From: Plasmodiophora brassicae
Taxonomy: Eukaryota
Reading direction: 5' to 3'
NCBI GenBank assembly: GCA_036867785.1
Contig: CP145414.1
Span: 620,001-684,000, forward strand
Length of the DNA stretch: 64,000 bases
In this document: positions 63,849-64,000 of the stretch, in pieces
How the letters are laid out: every line of letters starts with the position of its first letter
Position numbering within the stretch: position 1 is the first letter of the stretch
The notes under the pieces: generated by a model
Told to the model about the DNA's origin: nothing
The model's database searches: none
The model's input: only the letters and a program-made list of their open reading frames with translations
Position numbers and translations under genes: made by a program

Positions 63849-64000
63849 GACGGGCCAGACGCCCCGGCACCGTTTTGTCCGACACTTGACGTGACAAAAC
63901 GGCACGCTGCAGCGAGCTGTTCCCTGCCTGTTGCTGCTGCCCCCCAATGCCACAGCAGCGCCGCACGACACGATGGGTTGTATATAAAAGTCGAGCAACA

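Overview
Eukaryotic, gene-dense, GC-rich DNA with many short (about 50-65 nt) GT-AG introns and very short intergenic spacers. The style, and the secreted Skp1/BTB-like proteins, suggest a plasmodiophorid protist such as Plasmodiophora brassicae; this is an inference, not a database result. About 28 protein-coding genes can be reconstructed by manual splicing. Housekeeping genes include Sen1/senataxin, TMEM135, USP39/Sad1, a COQ10-like gene, a RAD51 paralog, mitochondrial S21, cytochrome c peroxidase, Exo84, a TDY-type MAPK, ASCC3 and an SLC35F-type transporter. Points of most interest: (1) two paralogous genes with an unusual PH(-PH)-RGS-FHA architecture that the ORF track splits into pieces; (2) a roughly 2-kb tandem duplication wedged between a MORN-repeat gene and an alpha-amylase gene, carrying two predicted secreted Skp1/BTB-like + RING-H2 proteins (candidate single-chain 'mini-SCF' effector E3 ligases), one of which appears to have captured the MORN gene's C-terminus and stop codon; (3) a roughly 1-kb near-perfect foldback built from a pseudogenised transposon-like ORF; (4) a secreted Kunitz inhibitor, a multi-pass phosphatidylserine decarboxylase, an SDR lacking its catalytic Tyr/Lys, and a NuSAP-like protein. 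Spliced-gene coordinates are manual estimates. No rRNA, tRNA or CRISPR array was recognised.
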